From a virus, in the IMG/VR virus record IMGVR_UViG_3300043773_000401, positions 50,818-114,817 of that record: DNA of 64,000 nt; one strand, written 5' to 3'. Below the pieces are notes generated by a model. That model did no database searches. It was given only the letters and a program-made list of their open reading frames with translations, and had not been told where the DNA came from. A program made the position numbers and the translations under genes. Below are positions 21,665 through 32,233 of the stretch, piece after piece; the first letter of the stretch is position 1; each line of letters opens with the position of its first letter.

Positions 21665-24600
21665 TTATCTAGCCAGCCTCTCTTTTGTCCTCCATATTTA
21701 TTCATTTGACCAGTAGTAAATCCTAAAGGCACATTAATAGCTTTTCCTGTATTTTGAAATGGAAGAATTATTGCAGGACGTTCATTTACCCATCTATCAC
21801 TATAACTTGGATCTCTTCCTATACTTTGTAAAAAATTAAAAAGTTTTGCTGAATATCTTCTTTCATTTCCTGCAGCATAATCACTTAATCTAGATCTTTT
21901 TGAAATATCTAATCCTGTATCTGCAGGTTTAAATAATTTATTAATTTTTCTTGCTTGTTCAGGAGTAAGTTCTTTATCTCTAAAACTATGATTTATTTTC
22001 ATTATATCTTCCCATTCCTTTTTTAAATTTGGATATATTTCATTTATATCATTAGGAGTTTTATTAGGATCTATTTTACCATATTTATCATAAATAGCAT
22101 CTATTCTTTTTAAATATTCTTTATTATTTTTTATAAGTTGATTGATTTCAGCATTTGTATAAAAATCTTTTTCTGTTAAAAGAGGTTCTTTAGTAGCTAG
22201 ACTTTTTGCCTCATTTACTAGATTTTTTTTATTAGTTAGTTGTTCTTTTTTCCATTTCCTAGCATAGTCTTTTACATCTTTAATAGCCTCATCGTAATAT
22301 TTTCTTTGAGTAAAATTTTGATAATCTTCAGGATCTGCTTTGTATACAAGTCTTCCAGAAGCATCTCTATATTCTAACTTCTTAGGATTTACATATGTAG
22401 GTTTACCTTTACCTCTAGTAAATTGTGGTTGACCAGCAAATGAAGAAAGTATACCTTCAGCACCAGTTAATGCCATTTTAGTATAATCTACTTCTCCAGT
22501 ATTAGGATCCACAAATGGAGCCGATATATCTGTAGAAGGTAGATTAATAGACCCTTGATTCATTGGTCCATATCCTGATGTTCCTTGCTCTGTATAAAAT
22601 AATTGAGGTAGTCTATTTCTAAATTCTTTAATAAACTTATTAGGTTCTTTACCAAAGAATGCTCCTTGATTTATTAATGCTCTAGGATCTGCTTTATCAG
22701 ATATTTCTATAGCTGGTAAATCTATAGGTCCTATAGTAGGAACTTCTTCACCTACTTGTGCTTTAGGTAGATTATCTAACCATCCTCCTTTTTTATACAT
22801 TGTATTATTATTTAATTGATTATATCCTGCAGCACCTAATCCAGTTAAACCTATTGCTGGTATTAAAGCTGGAGCATTATTTAACTGTTCTGTTAAGAAT
22901 CTAAGATTAATAGGACTCTTTTTTATAAAACTACCTATTCTGTCTCCTTTAGTACTATTAAAATAATCTATTACCATATCTTTAGTAATACGATCTTCTA
23001 AGTTTTTAATAATGCCTTTATTCATCATATTCTGTCTTAACTCTCTTAAATGAGGTAATCTTTCAACATCTCCTTTCTCAAGGTGGTGCCAATAATCTAA
23101 AGATTCTGCTGCTCTTGTAAGTTCAGGTGTATTTGTCATTGTTCTAGATGAGCCTTCAATATTAGCTAATTGTTGTATAGCTTCAGGTTTAGCTTCTAAT
23201 GTTTTTAAAGCTTCATCTATTTTAGTAGGTTTACTTAATAATGTTGGTCCTGTTGGTTCAGGATCATATAACCAATTATATATATTACGTTTAAATGGAT
23301 TGGTAGTTTTTTTAGCTTCAATTTGTCTTTGTTTCCATTCAGCTAATTCATCTTGAAATTTTTTAATATCTTTCAAGTATTCATTCATTCTATAATATTC
23401 TCTTTGTAAATGGTGACCTGTTTCATGTTCTAATGCAGTTCTAGGAGTTAAATCTAAACCTCGTTGTTTTTTTAAGTTATTTAATTCTCTAAAGTCTATA
23501 TTAACTGTAGCTGTTGGAGAAAAATACTTGGTCTTTTCACCTGATCTAAATGTTAAATTATAAGGTATCATTTTGTCAGGTGTAATACCAATATCTTCTA
23601 ATCTTCTTCTACCTTCTGGTGTTTTCCAAAACTCTGCTGATTTATTAGAATATTCTTTAAGATCTTTAATCTCTTTTCTAAATTGTAAAGGGGTTATAAG
23701 CTTATTATCTAAGTTATTCTTAAGCTTAGTAGTAAGTTCTTTAAAAAAGTTTTTTAACTCTTCAGAACTAAGATCTCTATATCGTAATGCATTAACAGCA
23801 TTTGATAATGGTTTTTTAGTTAATGATCCTATTCCTCCTAACATAGGAGTTACCTCAGCCATATTAAGTGATCTTTCTACATCAGCTTCATCTAAAATAG
23901 GAGTAGCACCATATGCCCCAGCAACTAGGTTAAGGAAAGTTTTACCATACTTAGTAGGATTATTATAGATATCTCTAGCAGCATTAATAGGTGATGATAA
24001 TATTTCTGCCATGTATTGTCCAGAAGGATCTAGTTTAGGTCCTAGATCTATATCTGGTAAGTTTTGTCTAAAACCAGCTACTCTAGTTGCATCTTGTGCT
24101 CTATTAGCTTCAAGAGCTTCTTGTTTAGATAAACCTTTATTATTAAACTCATACATACTAGGTTTAGGCTTAGTAGCTTCTTTAAGAAATGTACCTAAAT
24201 CTTTATTTTTACTATATTGAAATTTAGGTTTAACTTCACCTCTATCCTGATAAGTATCTAACCACCCACCTTTACCAAATCTATAACTTACTCCTGTAGT
24301 TATATTGGGTTGATTATAATATGATCCTGCAGAAAAGTTTACATTACCTCTACCTTTATTAAAGGGTATATTAGCACTTATACTAGGACTAATATATTGA
24401 CTTAATTCAGGGTCAGATTCTATATTAAATCTATTAGCTAAGTCAAAATTTATATTACCAAAATCTACATTAGCTCCAAAGTCTCCTTCTATACCTGTAT
24501 CTCCAGACCATGTTGGATAACCACCAATGTAACCATATGGACTAACTTGAATTCTTCCTTTTTGTGCTCTATCTAACCATCCTCCTGTTTTCTTTTTATT

Positions 24601-25833
24601 TATAAATTGCTTATAAGATTCTGATTGTTTTAGTATATCATATTCTTTAGGTGATAATGTTTGTGTTTTAGTATTTTTATTTGTAGGATCACCATAATAT
24701 ATTGTGTATGTATCACCTATTCCTTGAGTCCAATCTTTTGATATGTGATTTATAGGTTTAGGTTTTTGGTTCTTTACAGTAATTATTTCTTTTTTTGGTT
24801 CTTCTTTTTTTACAGAATTTTTATTTTTCTGATATTCTTCCCAAGCAGCTTGTGATTTTTTACCCCATATACCATCTACTTCACCAATATTAAATCCAGC
24901 ATTTACTAATTCTTCTTGTTTAGCTCTTATTTCTGGATTTCTATACACTACAGGTTGTACTGGTTTTTTATATACAGGAACAAATGCTGTTCCTGCTCCA
25001 TTATATCCAGAAGTATATTGATCTATTCTTGTAGGTTTAATTTTATTTTTATCAATACCATACAAAGGAAGTAAATCAGATATTAATGGGTCATTTATAT
25101 TAAATCTTCTTTCTACACTTTCACTTCCTCTAGTAGCTAAATCTTTTTTATATTTATTATATAAACTTAAACTATCATTATAATCCTGTAGTCTAGGATC
25201 ATTAGGGTTATCTACATAGATAGTTCCTCTTTGAGCTTTAGGTATATTATCTAGCCACCCTCCATTTTTCTTTATACCTAGTTCTTTTTTCCAAGATCCT
25301 TTATCTGCAAAATTTATAGCAGCTTCTTCATCTTCTCCAAAGTTATATACCTCACCTCTTTTTTGAGCTTCCTTATATATCTTCATCCAGTCTTTTTCAT
25401 CAGACATATTAACCCATGAGTTATCTGGATTTTGAAATATACTAGGAAATGCTACCCATCCTGTAGGTCCGTATTCTCTCATCATGTAATGAGTAGAAGG
25501 TTCAGTTTGTCCTTTTAATGTTATTGATCCAACTCTAGGTTTTACATTATATCCTTTCTGAGCCATAGGTATCTCATATACTTTGTTACCTGGATAGAGA
25601 TAGTCTTGTTCTGGATACATCATCTGTGAGTTACCTAAATCATCCATTCCAAATACTGGATAAGGAACTCCTTTCATAGTTATACTATTACTATTAATTA
25701 GTGTAGGTTCTCCGGGGAATTCCCATTGACCATAATCAGATTCTATAAAACCTGATGTAGTTCTTTTAACATAATTAGGACCTCCTTTAAGACCTTCAGT
25801 AGCTTTCTTCTGATAGTATAACTTCTTCTTCAT
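21652..25833 (-). CDS. Modular polyprotein-like putative cargo protein (1393 aa) with GGWLD linkers, a peptidoglycan-binding motif, a beta-rich module and an HExxH metallopeptidase
   Basis: Four GGWLD linkers plus a terminal RGWLD; QEELVNAGFNIGEVDGIWGKKSQAAWEEYQ (PG_binding_1-like); ALEHETGHH. Confidence 0.65.
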   Translation of the reverse strand: MKKKLYYQKKATEGLKGGPNYVKRTTSGFIESDYGQWEFPGEPTLINSNSITMKGVPYPVFGMDDLGNSQMMYPEQDYLYPGNKVYEIPMAQKGYNVKPRVGSITLKGQTEPSTHYMMREYGPTGWVAFPSIFQNPDNSWVNMSDEKDWMKIYKEAQKRGEVYNFGEDEEAAINFADKGSWKKELGIKKNGGWLDNIPKAQRGTIYVDNPNDPRLQDYNDSLSLYNKYKKDLATRGSESVERRFNINDPLISDLLPLYGIDKNKIKPTRIDQYTSGYNGAGTAFVPVYKKPVQPVVYRNPEIRAKQEELVNAGFNIGEVDGIWGKKSQAAWEEYQKNKNSVKKEEPKKEIITVKNQKPKPINHISKDWTQGIGDTYTIYYGDPTNKNTKTQTLSPKEYDILKQSESYKQFINKKKTGGWLDRAQKGRIQVSPYGYIGGYPTWSGDTGIEGDFGANVDFGNINFDLANRFNIESDPELSQYISPSISANIPFNKGRGNVNFSAGSYYNQPNITTGVSYRFGKGGWLDTYQDRGEVKPKFQYSKNKDLGTFLKEATKPKPSMYEFNNKGLSKQEALEANRAQDATRVAGFRQNLPDIDLGPKLDPSGQYMAEILSSPINAARDIYNNPTKYGKTFLNLVAGAYGATPILDEADVERSLNMAEVTPMLGGIGSLTKKPLSNAVNALRYRDLSSEELKNFFKELTTKLKNNLDNKLITPLQFRKEIKDLKEYSNKSAEFWKTPEGRRRLEDIGITPDKMIPYNLTFRSGEKTKYFSPTATVNIDFRELNNLKKQRGLDLTPRTALEHETGHHLQREYYRMNEYLKDIKKFQDELAEWKQRQIEAKKTTNPFKRNIYNWLYDPEPTGPTLLSKPTKIDEALKTLEAKPEAIQQLANIEGSSRTMTNTPELTRAAESLDYWHHLEKGDVERLPHLRELRQNMMNKGIIKNLEDRITKDMVIDYFNSTKGDRIGSFIKKSPINLRFLTEQLNNAPALIPAIGLTGLGAAGYNQLNNNTMYKKGGWLDNLPKAQVGEEVPTIGPIDLPAIEISDKADPRALINQGAFFGKEPNKFIKEFRNRLPQLFYTEQGTSGYGPMNQGSINLPSTDISAPFVDPNTGEVDYTKMALTGAEGILSSFAGQPQFTRGKGKPTYVNPKKLEYRDASGRLVYKADPEDYQNFTQRKYYDEAIKDVKDYARKWKKEQLTNKKNLVNEAKSLATKEPLLTEKDFYTNAEINQLIKNNKEYLKRIDAIYDKYGKIDPNKTPNDINEIYPNLKKEWEDIMKINHSFRDKELTPEQARKINKLFKPADTGLDISKRSRLSDYAAGNERRYSAKLFNFLQSIGRDPSYSDRWVNERPAIILPFQNTGKAINVPLGFTTGQMNKYGGQKRGWLDNLNN

Positions 25834-28800
25834 CGTGGTGACAGTAAGTTTTTAGTATTAGATATCTTGAATATCATTTTAACATTTCCAGATTTTTCTC
25901 TATATAGATTTATAAAGTTAAGATAATGTCTAAACTTCTTTCTCTGTAATGGATCTTTGCTATAGTTTAAGTTGTTCTGGTTAAGAACTCTATCATAACC
26001 ATTTTCTGATGTATCCCATATAGCTCTTTGAGCATAACCAGGAATAGTAGGATTTAAGAACTCTCCTCTATCTGCAGTAATATCCCAGAACTGATTGAAT
26101 CTATATTTGTTTTCTTCTTTAGAAAATAGTACTTCTATATTGTTAAGATTGATAATAGGATATTGTAGTCTTCCTATGATATCATTCTTAGGTGTACCTC
26201 TAAGTATTAACTGTCCTGATACTTGTTCAGGATTGTAAATAACGGCATGATCAAAGTTAAAGTCTAGTCCTGTGTTAGGATCTGTAAGAACATTAAACTG
26301 ATCTATACCATTAGTAGAGTAAATATAGTTTTCTAGAATATACTCTACACTTCTTATAGTATTTACTGTTTGACCGGTAGGTATTGCATACTCTACTTCA
26401 AATCTGTAATCTTGATTATAGAAGTTACAGAAGCTATCTGTTCTAAAGTTATGTCTCCAAATACCAGTATCTTTTGTAGTATAGAAGTTTCTTCTACTAG
26501 GTATAACCATATCAGGGTGCCAGTCATGGTAAGATATCCAAGCTTCTGATTTAGCATCATAACTTACTGTCCAAGATGCATCTTCAAAGATTTCATTTTC
26601 TTCTAGTTTATACTCACCACCTCTGTAAATAAATAGGTTTACTTCAGTTTCTTTACCAGTTACTGGATCTGTTTGGTATCTTACAAATCTAACTTCTTCC
26701 TTAGGAACCTTAAGTTTAAAGTCTTTCTTACAGAAGTATACTAACTGATCAGAGTTATCATATATAGTTTGACATCCTACACCAGATATTGGATTATCAG
26801 TAAATGGATATTCTGGAAAATCTTGTGTTAGTCTATAAGGTAAATACCAATCAAACCACCATCTTAATCCTGAAGCAGATATTTCTTTTAATCCACCAAA
26901 GTATCTAAAGATTTTACCTTGACTTTGACTTATCCAATATACTCCAGTAGGTGTGCTTATTATTGAGTATCTGTCTTGGCATGATCCATATTCAAATGCT
27001 ATATCTGCATTTACAATTGACTGTTGTGGTTGTGAGAATAGACCTCCATCACCAATAGTTACCTTAGTACCAAGTTCTGTTTCTAGAACATCTACTCCTT
27101 GGAACATTAATGGACTATCAGTTTCAAATGTTATAATAGCACCATTCTTAGCAATACCATTAATAGAGTTAGGTTTGTTTAAGAACTCTTTATAGTTATT
27201 AGCTAGGAATGCATACCAGAAATCTTTCTTAGCTTCCAAGTTTTGAGGAAGAGAATAAAGAACTCTGTTTGGATAATAAGTATAACAAAACTCAGATACA
27301 TTAGGGTCATAACCTCTATCTTGCATATTACCCCATGAGATATAGTTATTAAATAACTTAGTTATACTTAGTGAGTAATCATACTTATAGTAGTTATCAG
27401 CTTTTATAATCTCAGTATCAAACAATGCTTGTAGATCTGTATATCTAAATGGATCATAGAATCTTTCTTGTGGTTCTTCATCCCAGTCTCTTTGATCTAC
27501 ATTAATCTCTGACTCTACAATGAAGTCTCTTACTCCTGTATTAAATAAATAGAAGAATCCATTAAGTACATTAAATAGTCCACTGCTACCTGCAAATGGT
27601 ACAGCTGTACAATGTCCTCTATCTAGATGATGAAAATTACTTGGGAATAAAGGATTAGATACTGGATCAGGTTCAGTAAATGTTGATCCATTAAATAGTG
27701 TATTTAAGAAACTACCTAAATCAAAGCCTGTAAAATTTGCCCAGAATCTAGGATACTGAATCATATACTTAAGTGTATAGTCTAGTTCAGTACCATCTGG
27801 TAAATTATATAACCAGTCATAGAAATAGAAGAACTTATTTTTTTCTGTATATCTACCAACATATGTATCTCCACCAAACATTAATCCTGTAGAATATTTT
27901 TTATCAAACTCACAAGGATTAGCTAGTTGTTCATTAGTAATTCTACCAATCTTAAACATACATGGAGAAGCTACTACTTGTTTAACTTGATCTAGTTGAC
28001 CATACAAGTTTCTTATCCTATACTTAAGAGCTCCATAATAAACTGCTGTTTTAGTTCTAAACTGAGCAGTGTAATTATCAAACCATACTTTATCTTGTGA
28101 ATTAGCAGATAGGTTATTACCTAAGTTATCAGCACCTGTTGGAAATAAAGCAGGGAAACTCGTAGCAGCTTGAACAGATCCTAAAGTTTGTATAGTATTA
28201 TCTGTAAATAAATATTGTGAATTAGGATTAGTAATACAAGTACCTATAGCATTAAGTATTTTATCTTGTAGAGTTATAGGTTTATCTAGATCTAGTACTA
28301 CACATTTATTTCTAAATAAGTTATTTATAGTATACTCTTTAGGATTTAATGGGAAGTTTTCTACCTGTATAGTTTGTAGATTAGTATCTAAGTATAATGA
28401 TTGATTTATAAGTTTTCTTTGATTACCTATAGCACAAGCTCTTCCTGGATCAAATACTGTATAAGCTCCATGAGATCTATACATAAGAGCATACTGTTCA
28501 TATGATAAGAAAGCTTCTATAAGTTTAAGTACAGAGTCTGCTGCTTGTGTCCAATAATATATAAGTGTAGTAATAGCACCAACCGGCATAATAGAATTAC
28601 TATTTTGAAAAGCAGTCTCTTCAAATTCATATTCTGTTTCTGGTCCTAATGATGCAGGCTGACCTGTAGCTGTTGTAAAACTTATTGTAGCACCAACATC
28701 AGCTGAACCAATTAATGGTACAAGAGAATTTAATAATTCTGCTATTGGAGTTTGAGCTGCTAAAGCACCATTTACAGATCCTGTAATTATTCCTGCTGAT

Positions 28801-31193
28801 GTAGCAGCTGCTGCAGTTATTGGTTGATCTACTATACCTGTTATAACTCCACCATTAGGTCCTCCTAATACTAAATTGTATTGAGCTCCTCCTATGTTTA
28901 ATGTTCTTGCAGATGTTACTCTTTTCTTTTTACCACCGGATATAGCTAAAGCAGCAATACCAATACCTGCTATAGCTGATACAGTAAATGCAAAATCAGA
29001 AACTAGTTTATGTTTAGGATGTCCTGGTACATCATCAAAATTACCATATACATCACCAAATAATTCACCATATAACTTAAGTTCTGTCTCAGCTAAGAAT
29101 GGTTCTCTAAATGTAGTATCAGGAGAATGAAAAGTAAACTGTTGAGTTTTAACATTTGAGGATGTTACTTGAGCATCATTATAATTTGAACATCCTAAAG
29201 GAGGATAACTTAATTCATCAGTAGCAAGAGAAAAATCAGTACCTAGTGGATTATATGGATAGTTCTGATATAATGCAGATCTTACTCCATTACCATCATC
29301 ATCTATAGTATACTCTCTCATGTTATTAAGAATACCTTTAGCAACAATAGTTTTGTTACCTTCACGAGTACCTCTTAATATTTCATAACCAACAATACCA
29401 GGTATACCTATACCATCATTATCAACCGGGTATCTTATATTGTCAAACTCAACACCTAGTAATACATAACCATCAGCAATACCATACTGATGACCAATCT
29501 GGTTACTACTGTTATTGTTTACACCACCTGTTGTTGTAAAGTGAGGTATACATTTATTATCTGGCATCTTATGATGTCTAATAAACTCACTACATAGATT
29601 AACTTCAGGTTCTTCAGTACATGCTTCATTAGACCAAGGATGAGCACAAGTATTCCATACATTAGGTTTATTAGGATATACTTCAGTTGACTGCCAGTAT
29701 CCCATATCTCCTCTTGCTAATACTTCTCCACCATCATCTGAAAACTCTGTACCTGGAAGAACTAATTGTGTTACTGATGCTGTGTTATATACTTCAAAGA
29801 AATATTTATCAAAATAGATGTTATCTTCTACAGGGAAAGACTGACTAAGATCTCCATAACCTTGAGGTACACAATTACCTAAATCTAATTGTTCTTTAGG
29901 TGGTCTACCAGGAATATGATAGCTAGCTGATTTTTCTCCTGTTTCATATACCCATCTAATCCAGAATGAATATATCTCATCTCTTAAGTATCCAGTTTTG
30001 TTACCACCTTTACGGTAATAGTCTGCCGGATATTTAACTGCTACCCATTTAGCTTTAATTCTATTTGCTAAAGGTTGATAGTTAAAGTCTAATCTTGTGG
30101 TAGGACTAAGTCTTAATAAGTAGTCATTAACACTAGAGATAATCTCAGACTTCTCATATATAGGAGTTCTGATAGGAATAAACTCTAGTGGTACAGTAGG
30201 AAGCTCAAGATTAAATATATCTAGAGTAATAGATCCTACACGTGTATTATAATAACCTACTCTTTTAGCTATAGTATTCTGAGCAATGTTAGATACAAGT
30301 ACTAATTCAAATTCATCAAAGAAGTCTTGATCTATATCTTCTATAGTAATATCTAATGATCCCGCAAGATTATTATGAGCAAATAGAGATTGAGTATTAG
30401 AAGGACTAAAATAGTCTGTTACTTTTTGTCCATTAATAGAATAAGCTAGTACTACATAATAACTACCATTAGGTAAAGTACCACCGGCAATTCCTTTGCT
30501 TACTTTAACACATGGTGTCTTAACTAATCTAGCTAATCTTATTTTATCACAATCTAAAGCAAGAGGAAGTTTATTTACACATACTTCACAACCAATACCA
30601 GAATCAGAAGGAATAGGATTAGTTTTACAGTCAGGATCTATAAAAGAACAATCTTGTTCATAAGGAAGACCAGGCCATTCTCCAGTATATTCACATCCTT
30701 GATTTGCAGCAGGCCATAATTGGGGATCTCCTATATTCATAGATCTATCTGGATTCTTACCATCAGCCCAATATATTTGCCAAGAACAATCAAAGTTCTT
30801 TTTAGCTTTACCTGTAATAGGATATAGTGTACTAAAGTTTAAGCAAGTATCTCTAGTAATAGGTATATAAGTACAATTCTTTTCATTGAACAAACCTATC
30901 TCAGAAGATTGTGTAAAGTCATTAGCTGCAAAGATTACCCAGTTGCTATCAAACAAATGTATTCTACCATGAATTCTACCACCAGGTGTACATATAGAAG
31001 CACAAAGTAAGTTAGACTGTTCATTACTTAATGTACCTAAGTCTCCTTCACTAGTTGCATTAACTGTATTTACTGCATGTGACCAAGCATTATCTGGAAA
31101 GTATGAATCATTATAATCTTTTATAAGACCTTTGACAAAACTCTGTGTTTTAACAGAGCTGCTTCCTGATGAAGGTGTTTGCTTCTTACCCAT
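25830..31193 (-). CDS. Tail stabilization / muzzle protein (P22 gp10-like, crAss Tstab)
   Basis: 1787 aa. N-terminal FVKGLIKD...NAVN-like start, GYLRDEIYSF, C-terminal WTVSYD...WISYHDWHP. Directly follows the tail tubular gene. Confidence 0.8.
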   Translation of the reverse strand: MGKKQTPSSGSSSVKTQSFVKGLIKDYNDSYFPDNAWSHAVNTVNATSEGDLGTLSNEQSNLLCASICTPGGRIHGRIHLFDSNWVIFAANDFTQSSEIGLFNEKNCTYIPITRDTCLNFSTLYPITGKAKKNFDCSWQIYWADGKNPDRSMNIGDPQLWPAANQGCEYTGEWPGLPYEQDCSFIDPDCKTNPIPSDSGIGCEVCVNKLPLALDCDKIRLARLVKTPCVKVSKGIAGGTLPNGSYYVVLAYSINGQKVTDYFSPSNTQSLFAHNNLAGSLDITIEDIDQDFFDEFELVLVSNIAQNTIAKRVGYYNTRVGSITLDIFNLELPTVPLEFIPIRTPIYEKSEIISSVNDYLLRLSPTTRLDFNYQPLANRIKAKWVAVKYPADYYRKGGNKTGYLRDEIYSFWIRWVYETGEKSASYHIPGRPPKEQLDLGNCVPQGYGDLSQSFPVEDNIYFDKYFFEVYNTASVTQLVLPGTEFSDDGGEVLARGDMGYWQSTEVYPNKPNVWNTCAHPWSNEACTEEPEVNLCSEFIRHHKMPDNKCIPHFTTTGGVNNNSSNQIGHQYGIADGYVLLGVEFDNIRYPVDNDGIGIPGIVGYEILRGTREGNKTIVAKGILNNMREYTIDDDGNGVRSALYQNYPYNPLGTDFSLATDELSYPPLGCSNYNDAQVTSSNVKTQQFTFHSPDTTFREPFLAETELKLYGELFGDVYGNFDDVPGHPKHKLVSDFAFTVSAIAGIGIAALAISGGKKKRVTSARTLNIGGAQYNLVLGGPNGGVITGIVDQPITAAAATSAGIITGSVNGALAAQTPIAELLNSLVPLIGSADVGATISFTTATGQPASLGPETEYEFEETAFQNSNSIMPVGAITTLIYYWTQAADSVLKLIEAFLSYEQYALMYRSHGAYTVFDPGRACAIGNQRKLINQSLYLDTNLQTIQVENFPLNPKEYTINNLFRNKCVVLDLDKPITLQDKILNAIGTCITNPNSQYLFTDNTIQTLGSVQAATSFPALFPTGADNLGNNLSANSQDKVWFDNYTAQFRTKTAVYYGALKYRIRNLYGQLDQVKQVVASPCMFKIGRITNEQLANPCEFDKKYSTGLMFGGDTYVGRYTEKNKFFYFYDWLYNLPDGTELDYTLKYMIQYPRFWANFTGFDLGSFLNTLFNGSTFTEPDPVSNPLFPSNFHHLDRGHCTAVPFAGSSGLFNVLNGFFYLFNTGVRDFIVESEINVDQRDWDEEPQERFYDPFRYTDLQALFDTEIIKADNYYKYDYSLSITKLFNNYISWGNMQDRGYDPNVSEFCYTYYPNRVLYSLPQNLEAKKDFWYAFLANNYKEFLNKPNSINGIAKNGAIITFETDSPLMFQGVDVLETELGTKVTIGDGGLFSQPQQSIVNADIAFEYGSCQDRYSIISTPTGVYWISQSQGKIFRYFGGLKEISASGLRWWFDWYLPYRLTQDFPEYPFTDNPISGVGCQTIYDNSDQLVYFCKKDFKLKVPKEEVRFVRYQTDPVTGKETEVNLFIYRGGEYKLEENEIFEDASWTVSYDAKSEAWISYHDWHPDMVIPSRRNFYTTKDTGIWRHNFRTDSFCNFYNQDYRFEVEYAIPTGQTVNTIRSVEYILENYIYSTNGIDQFNVLTDPNTGLDFNFDHAVIYNPEQVSGQLILRGTPKNDIIGRLQYPIINLNNIEVLFSKEENKYRFNQFWDITADRGEFLNPTIPGYAQRAIWDTSENGYDRVLNQNNLNYSKDPLQRKKFRHYLNFINLYREKSGNVKMIFKISNTKNLLSPR

Positions 31194-32233
31194 TACACAA
31201 CATTATTTACTCTCAAAGTAGGATTATAAAAGTAGCTCTTAAACATATCATAGTATCTAGAATACTGTGCTTTTCTATTCATTAACCATACCTTCTGCAT
31301 TTCAGAGAAGTTAGGAGTATTAACTATAGATAAAGCATTATTTCTAGCTGCCCTTAATTCTTGTTGTATATATTGAAGTTGGCCTACAACATTGTCTCCA
31401 GACATTAATAAATTCTCAAGTACTCTTTTCTTCATAGCATACTCATAATATTCATTAATCATTGGATGATCTACTACCATTAAGTTACCATCATCATCTT
31501 CCATCATTCCTTGGTAGTTAATATATAGATGACCACATTCCATTGTAGTATGTACAAAACCATCTTTTATCCAAGCTTCATCTGCAGCAGCCATATTTAC
31601 GTTAGGACAGTCACAGTCTGTAAACATGGAGTTTCTAAACTTAATAGGAAAGAAATGTCTCCATACTCTAGTTTCTGTATTGATAACTTGTACCATCTCA
31701 TATGCTTCTCCTTGTTTACAGTTAACCACTAGTCTAGGTTTGATACAAGTATCACCTTGTGGTTCTGCTGGGTTATATACTGGAGCAGGCATTGTACAAG
31801 AACAAACTCTAGGAGCTAAGCAAGATGCATTAGCACAACCACATACTGTTGTATTACATTTACTACAGTTGACAGTAGGACTAGAACATATATTTATAGT
31901 TGCTGGATACTCTTTATATTGAGGTACATAATCAATCTGCTGTATATTAGTTCCCTGTGGTGTAGCATAAGTAGTAGTCATCTCTCCACATAGAGTAGCA
32001 AAGTTCATTACAAAGAAGTCATCTGGTAACTTAGCTTTATTCTTTTCTATTTCAAGAACTACTTCTTTAGTTACATATATCCTTAGACCAAGGTCATAAT
32101 TAACCTTCATTGCTATCTTAACAAGTTGAGCAGGATCTACTTTACCTTCTAAAGATTGGGTATATAGATCTAACCTGACATCATCTAATAGACTGTCAAA
32201 GGTTCTGTATTTGAGGGTATAGTTATAATTCAT
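31193..32233 (-). CDS. Tail tubular / ring protein (P22 gp4-like, crAss Ttub) with a Cys-rich insertion
   Basis: KAKLPDDF, INYQG...DDDGNLMVVDHP...YYEY pattern; lies between the ring gene and Tstab. Confidence 0.7.
   Translation of the reverse strand: MNYNYTLKYRTFDSLLDDVRLDLYTQSLEGKVDPAQLVKIAMKVNYDLGLRIYVTKEVVLEIEKNKAKLPDDFFVMNFATLCGEMTTTYATPQGTNIQQIDYVPQYKEYPATINICSSPTVNCSKCNTTVCGCANASCLAPRVCSCTMPAPVYNPAEPQGDTCIKPRLVVNCKQGEAYEMVQVINTETRVWRHFFPIKFRNSMFTDCDCPNVNMAAADEAWIKDGFVHTTMECGHLYINYQGMMEDDDGNLMVVDHPMINEYYEYAMKKRVLENLLMSGDNVVGQLQYIQQELRAARNNALSIVNTPNFSEMQKVWLMNRKAQYSRYYDMFKSYFYNPTLRVNNVV

Noticed and set aside
21652-25833. Ubiquitin-like conjugation system suggested by the GG motifs
   Set aside because: No beta-grasp domain, E1/E2 or JAB gene was recognised in the window, and the GG motifs are internal linkers rather than Ubl C-termini.
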